Source of the DNA: Camelus dromedarius
Taxonomy: Eukaryota
Assembly (NCBI RefSeq): GCF_036321535.1
Contig: NC_087447.1
Span: forward strand, 43,340,001-43,404,000
DNA length: 64,000 bases
Reading direction: 5' to 3'
Shown here: piece after piece, positions 1 through 13,229 of the stretch
How the letters are laid out: every line of letters begins with the position of its first letter
How positions within the stretch are numbered: position 1 is the first letter of the stretch
Translations under genes and position numbers: made by a program
Notes under the pieces: model-generated
Seen by the model: the letters and a program-made list of their open reading frames with translations, nothing else
What the model was told of the DNA's origin: nothing
Database searches by the model: none

Positions 1-260
1 GGATTGCCCCAGAACCCCTCGTGGCGCTGCGGACTCAGGGGCGCCGCTCTCAACTCCTTTGGGATGGGCGCGGCGGGCAGGAAGGGGTCCGCCCCGCCGC
101 TCACCACCCAAGGTCACACCTGCACCTTTCAGCCCCAGGGAGATCTAAGCGGACCCCTCCAGCGCCTCGGGGCCTTGGTGGGTCCCCGAGCGCTTCTACC
201 CTCACCAGCCGCGCAGAAACTGCCCAGGCAAGGTGACTCTCAGAGCAGGCTCAAGGCGCA
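1..260. promoter_or_regulatory. Edge of a CpG/GC-rich element, probably flanking a downstream alternative TUB promoter that lies off-window
   Basis: Dense CpGs and a GC box (ccgccccgcc, ~88-98) at the window start. Lies downstream of the minus-strand TUB exon at 13.9 kb. The link to TUB is inference. Confidence 0.45.
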
Positions 261-380
261 GTCCTTGTGCCAGGCAAATGGGCAGTGGACTGGTCCCCTC
301 CCCGCTTCCCAAACTTCCCCGCTATGTGTCCAGGGGCAAAAGGGTGGGAGGAAGGGAGGCAGGGAGGGAGCTGACCAGTA

Positions 381-404
381 TCTCTCTCTGTCTGTCTCTC
401 TGCC

Positions 405-470
<66 letters not shown>
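381..470. repeat. Compound (TC)n(CA)n microsatellite
   Basis: Directly visible tctctc... followed by about 21 CA units. Confidence 0.97.
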
Positions 471-473
<3 letters not shown>

Positions 474-2834
474 GTCAATTCTCTCTAGCACACCACTCCC
501 ACTCAAATACACATCACTCTCACACATCCACATATAGCCAGGCTTGGTGGTGCACACACCCTTCTCTGCAAAGGTACACAAACTCATCAGTACACACAGT
601 GGTGCACACACCCCAGATATACTCTTTACTGGTGTACACACTCAGTTGCACCCACCAGCAAACACACTCACAGAAGCTTTCTCCTAGAGGAGCCCGACCC
701 ATCACTGCATCAGCCCTCTGACACTTGGTGTTGGAGAGGAGGGAATACCACCCAGAATGTCCCACCCAGGGCAAGCCAGACTGGAGGGAGGGCCCAACAC
801 AAGAGCAGGGCGTGCCCTCTCTGTGCGTGGTGCATTCCTGGCCTAGTGTTTAGTTGGTCTGCAGGGCTGGAGGAGCAGAGCCAGGTTGGGATTAAGTCTT
901 TGCTGAGGAATGTGACCTTGTAAGAAGATAATCCTAGCTCCTGCAGGCCCTCCCTGACTTCATAGGTTCCCTGGCCTGAACTCCACCCCTCATCCTGACA
1001 CTGGGTCCCACTGGGGCTGGCCCAGTTCTCTGGTGGTGTTCACCTGCCGAAATCTGCCTCCCGTGACAACAGCATGGGCAGGCTGTTCCCTGAAGCCTGC
1101 TGACTCCCCACAGCTGACAGACCCACCTACACAAACGTGCAGGGTTTTCTTTGTTCGTCTTCAGATTAGAAGACCAGATTGTCTGCCCAGGACCTCGGAG
1201 AGGGGCTGCCTGGGAACACACACCTGGCTCAGGATGGAGAGCACAGGTGTGCCCCTCTCCCAAGCCCATGCTGGACCAGAATCTCCCAGATGGGACCCAG
1301 GCTCAGTTGCACTTGTCAATCAGGGCACCAGATTTTCTAGAATGAAGAAATTAAGATATCAACAGGTACCCATGAGCCCCTACATGGCAACTGCTCTCCG
1401 GACTGTGGGCATAGCTGGCCTTTCCTTCCACCTTTGGTCACAGATATGAGCCTCTGTCCCGGGACCTCTCTGCCTTTGCTTGCCTGCCTCCAGTGACCCT
1501 ATCTGAGAAACTGCAGTGACTGATGACTTCAAATCTCAGTGGGCACAAGTCCTAAGGGACTCAAGAAGTCTTTGCCTGAAATCCACAACTGACTCCTCTT
1601 CTCACCTAATCATCCTGAGCCTCAATCATACCAGCTACATGGGAGACAGACCACCTCCCTCACTCACTGTCCACGTTCAGAACTATTCCCCCACTCACTC
1701 CAGTACCACCTGTCCCATGGGCCCCACCCAGTCCAGCTGTCCAGGTCTTATACTGCTCCAACTCCATCAAAAGCTCTGGAATGAGGCGGTGCCTCCTGTC
1801 TCCAGTCACCTACCTCTGGTGGCCGCCGAAGCCTCCCTTGCCCAGCCACCCCTAAGCTGGCACTGCCACCCCAGGGCTTCCGATCCCAGCCTGCCCTGTT
1901 CTCGTCTCTCCACCCTGGCCTTTCCAATCATAGAGCACACACTGAGGCCACAGGTCATGAACTCGCAGAACACCAGAACTACAAGAGTGCTTCGTCACGC
2001 AGAGCCCAGGGGAAGCAGGCCCAGATGGCCAAGTGGCTTGCCCAGAGACAGAATGGGAATGAATAGGGTAGGCAGAATCAGATCCTGGACTCCTGACTCC
2101 CTACACAGTGCTCCTTGCAACACATCTTCCTGCATCATAAGACCCAGTGTACAGACAGGAAAAGCATCCCGTCCTTATCAGAGAAATAGCTACGTGTGAA
2201 CTTCATGCCACAGTGGTCAGCCCATGCCCCTCCACACCGCCAGGCCTGGTCTGCCCTGCCACTGCCCGGTCCCTTCCAGCTTCTCTGCTGACACTGACCC
2301 ACCAGCAGTGCGGACTGGAGTCAGCTGGCTGATCCCTACAGAACCCTCTGCAGTGGCCCCTCGACAGCTGTGGCACGGGTCCAAGTCCTAAGAGTCTGTT
2401 TCAGTGTCCTGGTTTACTTGTGAATTCTCCACTGAGGCCAGAGGCCCAACTGCTCTTGGGGAAGCTGAACCCTGTCACCCACATCTCAGGCACTGGTTAA
2501 GGTTCCCAGCCCGCAAGTCTCCATCTGACCCTGCTTCTCATTCCCACCTGGAGGTCCTCCCAATGTGCCCTCTCTCCCCACTGGTCCCAAATGGTGCCCA
2601 AGGGGTCTTCATTAGCCTCTGCAATCCCTGGCCTGCTCCCCTCCATGCAGTCCTGACCCATCACAGCCTCCTTCCTCCGCTTTCCTGCCCACTCTTCCCA
2701 CAGAGCGCCTCCTGCCTGCGTCACACACCTACCCTGCACCTACGAATGGCCCAACTTTCAGATTCAATTGGCCAGAAAAGTCCTGATAGTAGTGGAGGAG
2801 CCCTGCTTCTGTGCCAGTTCAGAATGACAACAGC

Positions 2835-3090
2835 TAACACTTAAATAGCGCTTTTTATGAGCCACACATCATCCCAAGCACTTGGCATTTATTAAGCCTT
2901 ACTCATTTCATCCCCACAACAACCCTGAGACTAGTACTATTATTATGTCCATTTTAAAGAAAAGGAAATGGAGGCTAATGGCTTTCCCAAGGTCACACCT
3001 GTACTGTGCAGGTTGAATAGTGTGCAGTTTGAATACTGTGAAGGAACAAAGCCAATGTTCAGGAACATCCAGGCTCGACTCTGGCTGCCC
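2835..3090. mobile_element. MIR SINE fragment
   Basis: MIR-like core: ctcatttcatccccacaacaaccctgag...attatgtccatttta...gaaatggaggct...cccaaggtcacac. Confidence 0.75.
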
Positions 3091-6000
3091 CTCCCAGCCC
3101 AACACAGCCCCGCCAAAGTTTTGCTGACATCAAGTCAGATTGAAGAACCAGAAGAGACTAATTTTTTTTTTCTAGCGACAGGAGAGCCTACTTCTGGAAA
3201 ACAGAAACATATTATTTCATTAGTACCATGTTCTCTCAGAATGGCAAAGTAAGCCTTAAATACCAAAGGGCTACTTTTATAATAAGATTTTGGCTACTTT
3301 CTCAACTTGACAGAAGCTGTGCAGAGAGCATCACCAGCAGCTTCGTGCCCTGTGTGAGAACCAACAGGCAAGATATGTTGAAGAGGCTCCTGGCCAGCGT
3401 GGTACCTTGTCACCAATAAGCCCCAGGCTGATTAAATTAGGAAATTCACTTTACCTAATCCTATGGTGGAGATGTGTGTGGTCTGTTTCTGCTAATCCAA
3501 GCCCACCTGAGAGGGTATATGAACATTATCTCATTCAGTTCTCACAATGATCCTTCACTGTAAGAAAATCACCCCATTTTACAGATAGGGAAACTGAGAC
3601 TAAGGGAGATTAAGGAACTATCTACTTCATACACTTCTAAACTGTGAGACTTTTGTTTCTTTTATTTTCACAAGTGGCAGATAGGATTTTTATAATTAAC
3701 CAAAACAATAAGGGTTTTCCATGACTGCTACATTTACATAGCTAGTAAGAGATGGAGCTGGGATTTGAACCAGGTCTGTCTAATACCAAAGCTCAAGCTC
3801 TTTCTACTGCTCCTTTTGTGCCATCTCAGTGATCCAGTCTCTTGAGAGTCACAGCCCTGTTTAGTACAGGTCATGTCTTGCTTCCATGCCCTTCTCTCCC
3901 ATTCAAAACTCATTACAAAGCTGCAGTAATCAAAACAGTGAGGTACTGGTATAAGGACAGACAAGTAGACCAGAACAGAATTGAGAGTCCAGAAATAAAT
4001 CAATGTATCTATGTCCAACTGATTTTTTAAAAACATTTTTAAATTGAGATATGGCCAATTGATTTTTCACAAGAGTGCTAAGTCCATTCAATGGGAAATG
4101 AAAAGTCTCTTAAACAAATGGTGCTGGGACAACTGGATCTCCACATGCAAAAGAATGAAGTTGGACCCCCATCTCACACCATATACAAAAAGTAACTCAA
4201 AATAAATCAATGACCCAAATGTAAGCTCTAAAACCACAAAACACTTGGAAAGAAACAGTGGTAAATCTTCATGACCCTGGATTTGGCAATGGAGCTGTAA
4301 ATATGACACCAAAAGCATAAATGGAAAAAAAAAACAGATAAATTCAGCTATGTCCAAATTAGAAACTGCTGTGCTTTAAAGGACATTAACTAGAAAGTAA
4401 AACATTGTATGCTGTTGGTGGGAATATTAATTGATATAGCCATTGTGAAAAACAATATGGAGATTCCTCAAAAAAATTAAAAATAGAACTACCATAGGAT
4501 CTAGTGATCCCGCTTCCAGGTATACCCAGAAAAAAATGAAACCTAGATCTTGAAAGGACATCTCCATTCCCATGTTCATGGCAGCATTATTTACAATAGC
4601 CAAGATATGAAAACAATCTAAATGTCTGTTGACAGATAAAGAAAAAGTGAGACTATATATATATATGAATAGTATTCCATTCCACAAAGAAAGATAAATA
4701 CTGTATAGTATCACTTATATGTGGAATCTAAAATAGTCAAAGTCATATAAGCAGAGAGTAGAATGGTGGTTTCCAGGGGCTGGAGGGACGAGGAAAATGG
4801 GGAGATGTTGATCAAAGGGTACAAAGTTTCAATTATGCGAGATGAACATGTACTGAAGATCTAGTGTGCAGCACGGAGACTACAGTTATGGACACTGTTC
4901 TGCATGCTTGAAATGTGCTAAAAGGATACACCTTAAGTGTTTTCACCACGAAAACAAAGTGGTAACTATGTGAAGTGATGGATATGTCAATTAGCTTGCT
5001 TGTGGTCCTCATTTCCCAATATACATGTATATCAAAACATCAAGTTGTACACCTTAAATAGAGGTAATTCCTATGCACCAATTATTCCTCAACAAAGCTG
5101 CAAAAATCAAACAAGCAAAGAAAATCAACTAAAATATACTGATTAAAATGTCCGCTATCAGCAATAGCCAAAACCTGGAAACATTCAAAGTGGCAATCAC
5201 AGTGGAATGGATGAATCATAGCAGAACACTACAAATCCTGCTGTAAATTCACACAGTAGAACACTACAAAGCTATGAGAATGAAAGCTGTAACTTCATGC
5301 AAAAACACAGAGGAATCTGCTGTCGAACAGAAGGATGACACAAAGGAATATACCCAGTACTCTTAAGTCAAGTTAAAAATCAGCAAAACTAATCTTCGCT
5401 ATTAGAAGCCAGCCCAGTGGAAGTCAGGATGGTGGTAACCCTTGTGCCAGTAGTGACAAAAGGGGTTTCTGATTATAAGAGTGTATTCACTTTGTGAAAA
5501 ATCACCAAACTCTTCCCTTAGGACTTGTGCGTTTTTCCTACGGAGGTTACACTTCAATGAGAAGTATTAGAAAAACAAACAAAAAACACGGGCAAAGGAC
5601 TTGAATAGACATTTCTCCAAAGAAGAGATACAGATGACCAACAAGCACGTGAAAAGATGCTCAACATCATTAGTCGTGAGGAAAGTGCAAATCAAAACCA
5701 CAATAAGAAACTATTTCACTCATCCTAGGATGGCTACAATAGTAACAGTATTATAAAAAATTAGAAAATAACTGGTGTTGGCGAGGATGTGGAGAAATAG
5801 GGATCCTCATATGTTGCTGATGGGAATGTAAAATGGTGCAGTCACTGTGAGGAACAGTTTGGTGTTTCTTTGCAAAGCTAAACACAGAATTACCATATGA
5901 TCCAGCAATTCCACTTGGAGGTATATACCCAAAAGAACTGAAAACAGGGACTGGGCAAATACTTGCACACTAGTGTTCACAGCAGCACTTTCACAGTAGC

Positions 6001-6287
6001 CAAAAGGTGGGAACAGCCCAAGTGTCCATCAACAGACGAACGGATGAACAAAATGTGGTATATGCATACCATGGAGTATCATTCAGTCAAAAGACGAATG
6101 AAGGTCTCATACATGCTACAACATGGATGAACCTCAAAAACATTATCCTAAGTGAAAGCCAGAGATAAAAGGAAAAATCTTGTATGATTCCACTTATATG
6201 CAAAATCTAGAATAGGCAAATTCATAGAGACAGAAAGTAGATTAGAGGACAGCGGGGGCTGGGGGAGAAGGAATGAGGAGTTATTTG

Positions 6288-6374
6288 GTTTTTTTTTTTT
6301 TTATTGAGTTATAGTCAGTTTACAATGTGGTATCCATTTCTGGTGTACAGCTCAATTTTTCAGTCATACATGAA
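6288..6374 (-). mobile_element. 5'-truncated young L1 3' tail
   Basis: polyT then ttattgagttatagtcagtttacaatgt...tctggtgtacagc (reverse complement of the L1 end seen elsewhere in the window). Flanked by the TSD gaggagttatttg. Confidence 0.8.
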
Positions 6375-6951
6375 GAGGAGTTATTTGTATTTTGTTTTTT
6401 GTTTTTGAAGAGGAGTTATTTGTGACTGAGCACAAAGCTTTTGGTTGGGGGTAATGAAAGTTTTGAAAATCTATCGTAGTGATGGTTACACAAAATTGTG
6501 ACTAATTGATGCCACTGAACTGCACATTTAGAAATCACTGAAGTGGCTAATTTTATGTTAAGTATATTTTACCACACACACAATAACTGTATTGCTATAT
6601 GCTAAGAATGAAGTTTAGAATGAATTTTTTAAATACATTTACAATTTATTGAAATGTATGCAATACTTAGGAATAAATCTTCTAAAAGAGGTTAAAGACT
6701 TGTACTCTGAAAACTACAGAATACACCTGTGAGAAATTAAAGATAATCTAAACAAACAGAAAGATACGTATTACGTTCATAGGTTAAGAGGCCCAATATT
6801 ACTGAAGAGTCGACTCTCCCCAAATTGAGCTATAAATTCAACACAATCCTAATCAAATTCCCAGTAGCCTTTTTGTTTTGTTTAGTTTTGTTTTTGTAGA
6901 ACTTGAAAATCTCATTGTAAAATTAATGTAAAATTTAAAAGACCCAGAATA

Positions 6952-7178
6952 TTTGCAAATGTTAACCATTATATATAAAAATAGATAAACAAATTTCTTC
7001 TTATAGCACAGGGAACTATATTCAATATCTTGCAGTACCTGTAATGAAAAAGAATATGAAAACAAATATATGTGTGTATATATATATATGCATGACTGGG
7101 ACATTATGCTGTACATCAAAAATCGACACATTCTAACTGACTATACTTCAATAAAATAAACAAATAAAGTACTTTTTT
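6952..7178 (+). mobile_element. Young L1 3'UTR end
   Basis: tatagcacagggaactatattcaatatcttg...gactatacttcaataaaa. TSD-like aaaagaccca(g/a)aata at ~6937 and ~7180. Confidence 0.85.
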
Positions 7179-8809
7179 AAAAAGACCCAAAATAGCCAAA
7201 ACTTTGAAAAAGAAGAACACTCTGGTTTCTCCAGGGCTTAGGTGAAAGGGCCTCTCCAAATCACCCGTTTCATCTTGTTTTGACTCCACACTCAAGGGAA
7301 AACCTTCCAATTTTACTTGCCAAGTAGCTTGATTCTGGGTTAGGGATGGGCCCCAGGCAGGGCCACAAATCCCGTAATAAGCAGAAAGGGATCTTCACAA
7401 CTGTGGAGTAGTAAATAAGTATTCTGGTTTGAAAAAGAAAATATAAAAAGGTGAGCAAAGTTGAAGTTCCTAAACTACCTGACTTCAAGACTTACTATAA
7501 AGCTACGGTAATCAAGACAGCGTGGTATTGGCACCAAGAAAGACAAATAGATCAGTGGGACAGAATAGAGAGCACAGAAATAAACATAAGGACAGTGATA
7601 AAGGTGCAAAGGAAGTAAAGTCCTTCCAACAAATGGTGCTGAAACAACTGGATACTCATTTTAAAAACTGAACTTCATACCACATACAAAAGTTAACTCA
7701 AAATGGAGCACAGCTAAAATGGTAAACCTAAGGAACTAGAAAATTCCTAGGAGGAAACCTGTGGCACTTTGTGTTAAGCAGTGATTTCTCAGCTATGATA
7801 CCAGAAGCACAATCCATGAAAAACAAATTGATAAACTGAACTGCCTCAAAAGTCAAACCTCTGCTCTTTAAATACTTAAGAGAATGAAAAAAAAAAGCCA
7901 CAGACTTGGAGAAAATATTTGCAAGTCACATATCTGATAAAGGACATGCACCCAAATTGCACCTCTTGGGAAGGGATGGAAACGTCAGCTGTCTTGATTG
8001 CGGTGGTGGTTTCACTGGTGTATATGTATCTATCAAAACTCAAAAAAAAAAAAAAAAAAGACATGCACCCAAACATGCAAAGAACTCTCAGAACCCAATA
8101 ACAAGTAAACAACCCATTTTGAAAAATGGGGAAGAGATTTTAACAGACACTTCCCCAAAGAAGATACATGACTGGCAAATAAGCACATGAAAAGATGCTT
8201 AGTCATCAGTCATTAAAAATGCAAATTAAAATCACAATGAGATACTACTACTTACCTATTAGAATGGTTAAAATTAAAGACTGACCCTACCAAGTTTGCC
8301 AAAGGATATCGAGAAATTGGACTCTTATACGCTGCTCCTGGAAGTATAAATGGTACAACCACTTTGGAAAAGTTGTGCAGTTTCTTAAGAAGTTAAATGT
8401 ATACCTACCATATGATCCAGACAGTCTGCTCCTAGGTGTTTACCCAAGAGAAATAAAAACACATGTCCATACAAAGACTTACATATGAATAGTCACATAG
8501 CTTTAGTCCTAATAGCCAAAAAGTGGAAACCACCCAAGTGTCTACCATCAGGTGAACAGATTAACTACGGTATTTCCATATAATGGAATACTACTCAGCA
8601 ATAAAAAGAAATGAACTACAGATTCACACAATATGGAAGAATATCAAAATAACTATGCTACACGACAGAAGCCAGACCAAAAAGAGTACACACTGAATGA
8701 TTCCCATTATATAAAATTCTAGGAAATGCAAAGGAATCACCCAAGCGGTTCTCTGAGGATGGAGGGAGTAGGGGTTTGGGGGAGCAGGAAGGAAGTATTC
8801 TAAAGATTA

Positions 8810-9290
8810 GGTACAAGGACACACTGGCTTCCTCGCTATTCCTAAATATCCACTAGGCACACTCCTACCTCAGGACTTTTTCACTTGCTGTTCCCCTTCC
8901 ATGGAACATTCTTCCCCATTAGCAACATGATTTGTTCCCTGGCTTTTTTCAGGTCTCTGTTGAAATACCACCTTATCAAAAGGGTCTCCCTAACCACACT
9001 ACACAGTACAGCATATTTACCAATGCCCCAACACACATGTAGTCACACCCTATCCTTCTTATTCTTTTATTTTTCTTCTTTACACTTAGCATAGCATATA
9101 TCACTTTGCACTGAAATGCACGCGCACACACACACACACACACAGTCTATCTCAACCCCACCCTGACTCCTGCTGGCAGTAAGAACTTTGGGACCAGGCA
9201 CTTTGTTTTGTTCGCTGCTGTGTCTCCAGTGCCTAAAATGGTGCCTGGCATTTAGGAGGGGCTCAAAAAATACACATTAAATGAACAGAC
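8810..9290. mobile_element. L2 LINE 3' fragment
   Basis: cacttgctgttcccttcc...ttgttcgctgctgtgtctccagtgcctaaaatggtgcctggca...aaatgaa, a typical L2 3' end. Confidence 0.75.
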
Positions 9291-10864
9291 CATCTCAAGA
9301 GGCAGGTACAATTACTATTATCTTTTTTGTAGATGAAGTTAAGTCACTGGTCTAAAGTCACATAACCAATAATTGAGAGAGCTGCGCTTTGAAGTCAGGT
9401 CACTTTGATTCCAATATCCAAATTCTGAGCAACCATGCTCCATGGTCTCAGAGTCAGGGAGATCAAACTCAGAAACCAACATCGTACCACTGTGCAGTTC
9501 AAGGGACTGACTGGGAGTATAAATCAATTCACTCCTTCTGGAGACTATCTGGCAAAAATACCAAAATCTGAACCTAACAACCCCCTTTAATCAAATAATC
9601 AGACATGGGAAAAAATGTTATGTTATACAAGGATGTTTATCTTGGAATTGTTTCTAATGGCAAAGATTTGCAAACAACAAAAAGGTCCCCACAAGGGAGT
9701 GACTGAAGTGCAGTAGATTATCTGCTCAGAGTATGGGGGTGTGGAGTAAGGGTCAAGGAAGAGTATGATGAAATTTTGGGGAAACTGTTGTGGGGAATTG
9801 GAGGCAAGGTAAGGCAGGAGAAGTAAAAAGATTGAGAGATGATGGAGGTGGATGGCTAAGCTGAAGATGAAGACTATGAAGGTGGGGACCACCTGCATAG
9901 CTGTATAGTTTTTTCTGATAATGTTCTGATACCACAATAAGAAATGGGGGTGGAGATCCTAACACTGATCCATGCAGGGCTGGGGTTGCAGCAAGCATAT
10001 GTGAGGGAATACAAAGTGACAGTAGTGAGTGATTCAAATAATCTCTCATGTGGTGCAGGCTGGGAAGGGAACAAGAGAGGCCAAGTAAAGGCTGAAAGGC
10101 CGGGAGAAAATGCAGAGATGAAGGCACTGGATGACCCTACAGAGTGGTGGGAGTGATGTATGAGGGGGATGCCAGAGGCCAGAGACTGGGATGTTCATGT
10201 GTATGATATCAGAAGTGAAGCAATCCCAAGTATCAACATCTAGGGATGCATCCTGTAAATAACGGAAGAGAAGTAAGTCTCTAGAATGGGAAGGTCGGGA
10301 AACTGTAAGGAGTGCTAGCTTGGTCATTGACGTGGGCACTGAAACCTCTGGGGATAATGACTGGAGCTTGGACTTAAACCAAACAAGATGGTTACCAAGT
10401 GCCAACAAACTTGTTGAGATCACTAGGACACTGGGCCAGTTATTTTGCATACACTGATTCATTTTATCTTTATAATAAGTAGCTCTATATAGATAAGAAT
10501 AGACAGATGAAATGACTAGACTTGGAAAGTTCAAGGTCAATGTCAAAGTCTTGAGGTGGTCATCTGACTGTCAGGATGTTAGACTGAGTATCCAGAGTTA
10601 CCAGTGAAGGGTGTGATGTTGAACATGTGGAGTCAGTTGTGTTGGTGGAATATCTAGATGGAGAGGTCCACAGGCATATAGAGACGTAGGGTTAAGGCTC
10701 AAGAAAAAGACTGGGGTTGAAGATATGGATGTCTATGTTAAAAGCATTGAGTTGACAACTGAGAACAGAATGGAACAGTATGGAAAAGAGGAGAGTGCTT
10801 TGGTTTCATTTAGACAGTGGACACCAAGAAGAATCAGCAATTTTAAAAATGTAAGCAGCATATC

Positions 10865-11325
10865 ATAGTAGACCATAAAATGGCCATGAATTGTTTGCAG
10901 CTCCTCCTTTCAAGAGATGAAGTTTGTTTCTCTATCCTTCGAATGTGGGCTGATGTTTTGACTTCCTTGGGGCAATCAGCAAGGCAAAGTGATGCTGTAC
11001 AAGTTCCAAACCTAAGAGACCTTCCAGCTTGTGCTCTCTCACTGGGAGCCCTTCCACCAGCATGTGAACAAACCTCAGTGAGCCTGCTGGAAAATAGAGG
11101 GCCAGCGGAGAGAGGGTGCGATGTGCAGCCTTCACAGCTGGGACACCAGCTAGGGGAGTCAGTGAAGCCCAAGAAAAACTGAGTTTGGCCCAGACCATGA
11201 AAACTGCCCAGCTGAGCCCAGCCCAAATTGTTGACCCATAAAATCTTGAGTTAACTCAAAACAGTTGTTATTTTAAGCCATTAAATTTAAGAGTGATTCA
11301 TTATACAGCAACAGATAATCAGTAT
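10865..11325. mobile_element. MaLR (MLT1-type) solo LTR
   Basis: cccagctgagcccagcccaaattgttgaccc...tgttattttaagccattaaattt...atacagcaacagataatcag, characteristic MLT1 3' end. Confidence 0.75.
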
Positions 11326-13229
11326 CTAAATGGCTTCAGAAGCAAAGGGAAAAACAGCTTAAATGAACAGGTTATACATTGCAGAGAGATCACCTTGGAT
11401 GGAATGTGACAGGGAGTGCTTGCCCAGGTTTGAAGATGTGGTGGTGGCAGAAGCCAGAGAACAGGGTTGGAAAGGGAGGGTTAAATGTTAGCAGTGGTTT
11501 ACTTCAGAGGGTTGGGGGTGGGGACTGCAGAATCACTGAATTTCATTTTGAATATCTGTGTACTACATCCATGTGTTGCTTGTGTAATCTTTTTAACAGG
11601 TTTATTGAAGATTATGTAATTATTTTTAATAATTCAATACTTAAGTTTTAAAAATGAAATAGTAACTAGAAAATGGAGGTGGGTGGTATAGATCAATGGT
11701 TCCGGCTGTATCAGAATCATGTGGGAAGTCGCACACAAATACGGATTCCAAGGGCCCATTCCTGGACATTCAGATTCAGTTAATCTGGACCAAGGCCAGA
11801 GAAAGTGTTTTCTTCACACAGCTTCCCCAGATGCTGAGGTTGTGAGGGTGAGAAGAGTTCTGAGGACAGAATCCCAGGAAATGTCTGTATTTTGGGGTCT
11901 AAAAAGGAGAACAGTGATTTTCACACTAAGCTTCTGTGGAAAACTAGGGTTCCCAAGAGACATTTACAGTATTTATTAATAAAACAGCAATAGGTACCAC
12001 CTATTAGTATGTCCCAGGCAGAATTCTAAGCCCTTTATATTTATTACCCCATCTAATACTCATGATACATCCCCATTTTACAGATGAAGAAACTTAAGTC
12101 TGCAGAGGAAAAATAATCTGTTCAGGGTTAGCTAGGTGGAGTCAGGATTTGAATCCAGGCTAATTCCAGAGTCTTGCTTTTGTTTGTTTGTTTTTGCAGG
12201 GAAAAAAATTTTAGTAAGTATATAGAATTATCTCAATTAAAAAATTTCCTTCCATATATGCATTAGACCTGTGGTCTACACTACCACATATTTCGACTAG
12301 AATCTAGACTATGAGCTCATATGGGGGAAAGAATGAATGTAGTTTTATCTCCTAACCTCCAGGGCCTGTTTGTACTCAATACATGTTTGTTGAATGAATG
12401 TGATTCGCGATCTGAATACAAGCTTTAAGTTTTTGTTATTTTATGTTTAATATTCCAATCATTTTAAAGTTCCTCTCCATAGGGAGCATTGCTTTTCAAA
12501 AGAGCAAGTTCACTGGAATTGTGAACAGCTGACAGCAAGCTGATTGTTAGGATGGTGCAATGAAGGGTTGATGAAGAAACAGAATCAAATTGATATTTTT
12601 TCCTTAAAGAAGGCAATGAAAGCGAAAAAAGAGATGACTCAGTTTCACCCACCTTGCGGAGGGAGACAGGACAGATTCAAAGAGGTTTCCAGGCTGAGGA
12701 GAGATGGCCAGTAGAGAGGGGAAGGTGAAGATGAAGGAGATGGAGTCAATTGGGAGGTGAGACCTAGTGAGGGAGGGTAAGGGGGGCTCCTAGGGGAATT
12801 AACCTGCACCTGTTCCTCTGAATCTCTGAAAACCAGAGCTGTCAGAGATGCAAGACAGTTTTAAGCAGGGGAAAGAGCGGCAGGAAGCAAGACTTTGGGG
12901 AGGAGAAAGCAGCCCCTCTAATGAAGTTTCTCTTCCAGCCCTCACCATTTAAGGGCCGTGGATCAGAAAATTTAACTTCAGAATTCTAGAGATTGACGTG
13001 GGATTACGAACCTTAAAAACAACAATAATATCAGCAAAAACAGAAATCTACTATTTACTATCATCATAATTTCATTTAAAAAGGGGGGGGGTGGCATTTA
13101 ACACACCAAAATAAAAAGTAGGAAGGACAAAATCTCGGAATAAATCTACCCTACCTTATGACCAGCTCATTCAGTTGTCCTTATCTTTCTCATTTCGCCA
13201 GGAAGGATGTAAGATCCCTTCCTGCAGGA

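Larger units (their letters stand above)
3895..8760 (+). mobile_element. Nest of old L1 (L1M-type) ORF2 3' and 3'UTR fragments with younger L1 tails inserted
   Basis: ORF2-like peptide [33 protein letters not shown] (ORF 3842..4030). Typical L1 3' motifs: gacatttctccaaagaaga, ccatatgatccagcaattccact, caatagccaa. Many stops and frameshifts. Confidence 0.9.

Noticed and set aside
4..2199. ORFs of 177, 162 and 227 aa near the window start
   Set aside because: They run through a microsatellite or start at non-ATG codons, and resemble no protein I know. I could not find other TUB first-exon peptides here.
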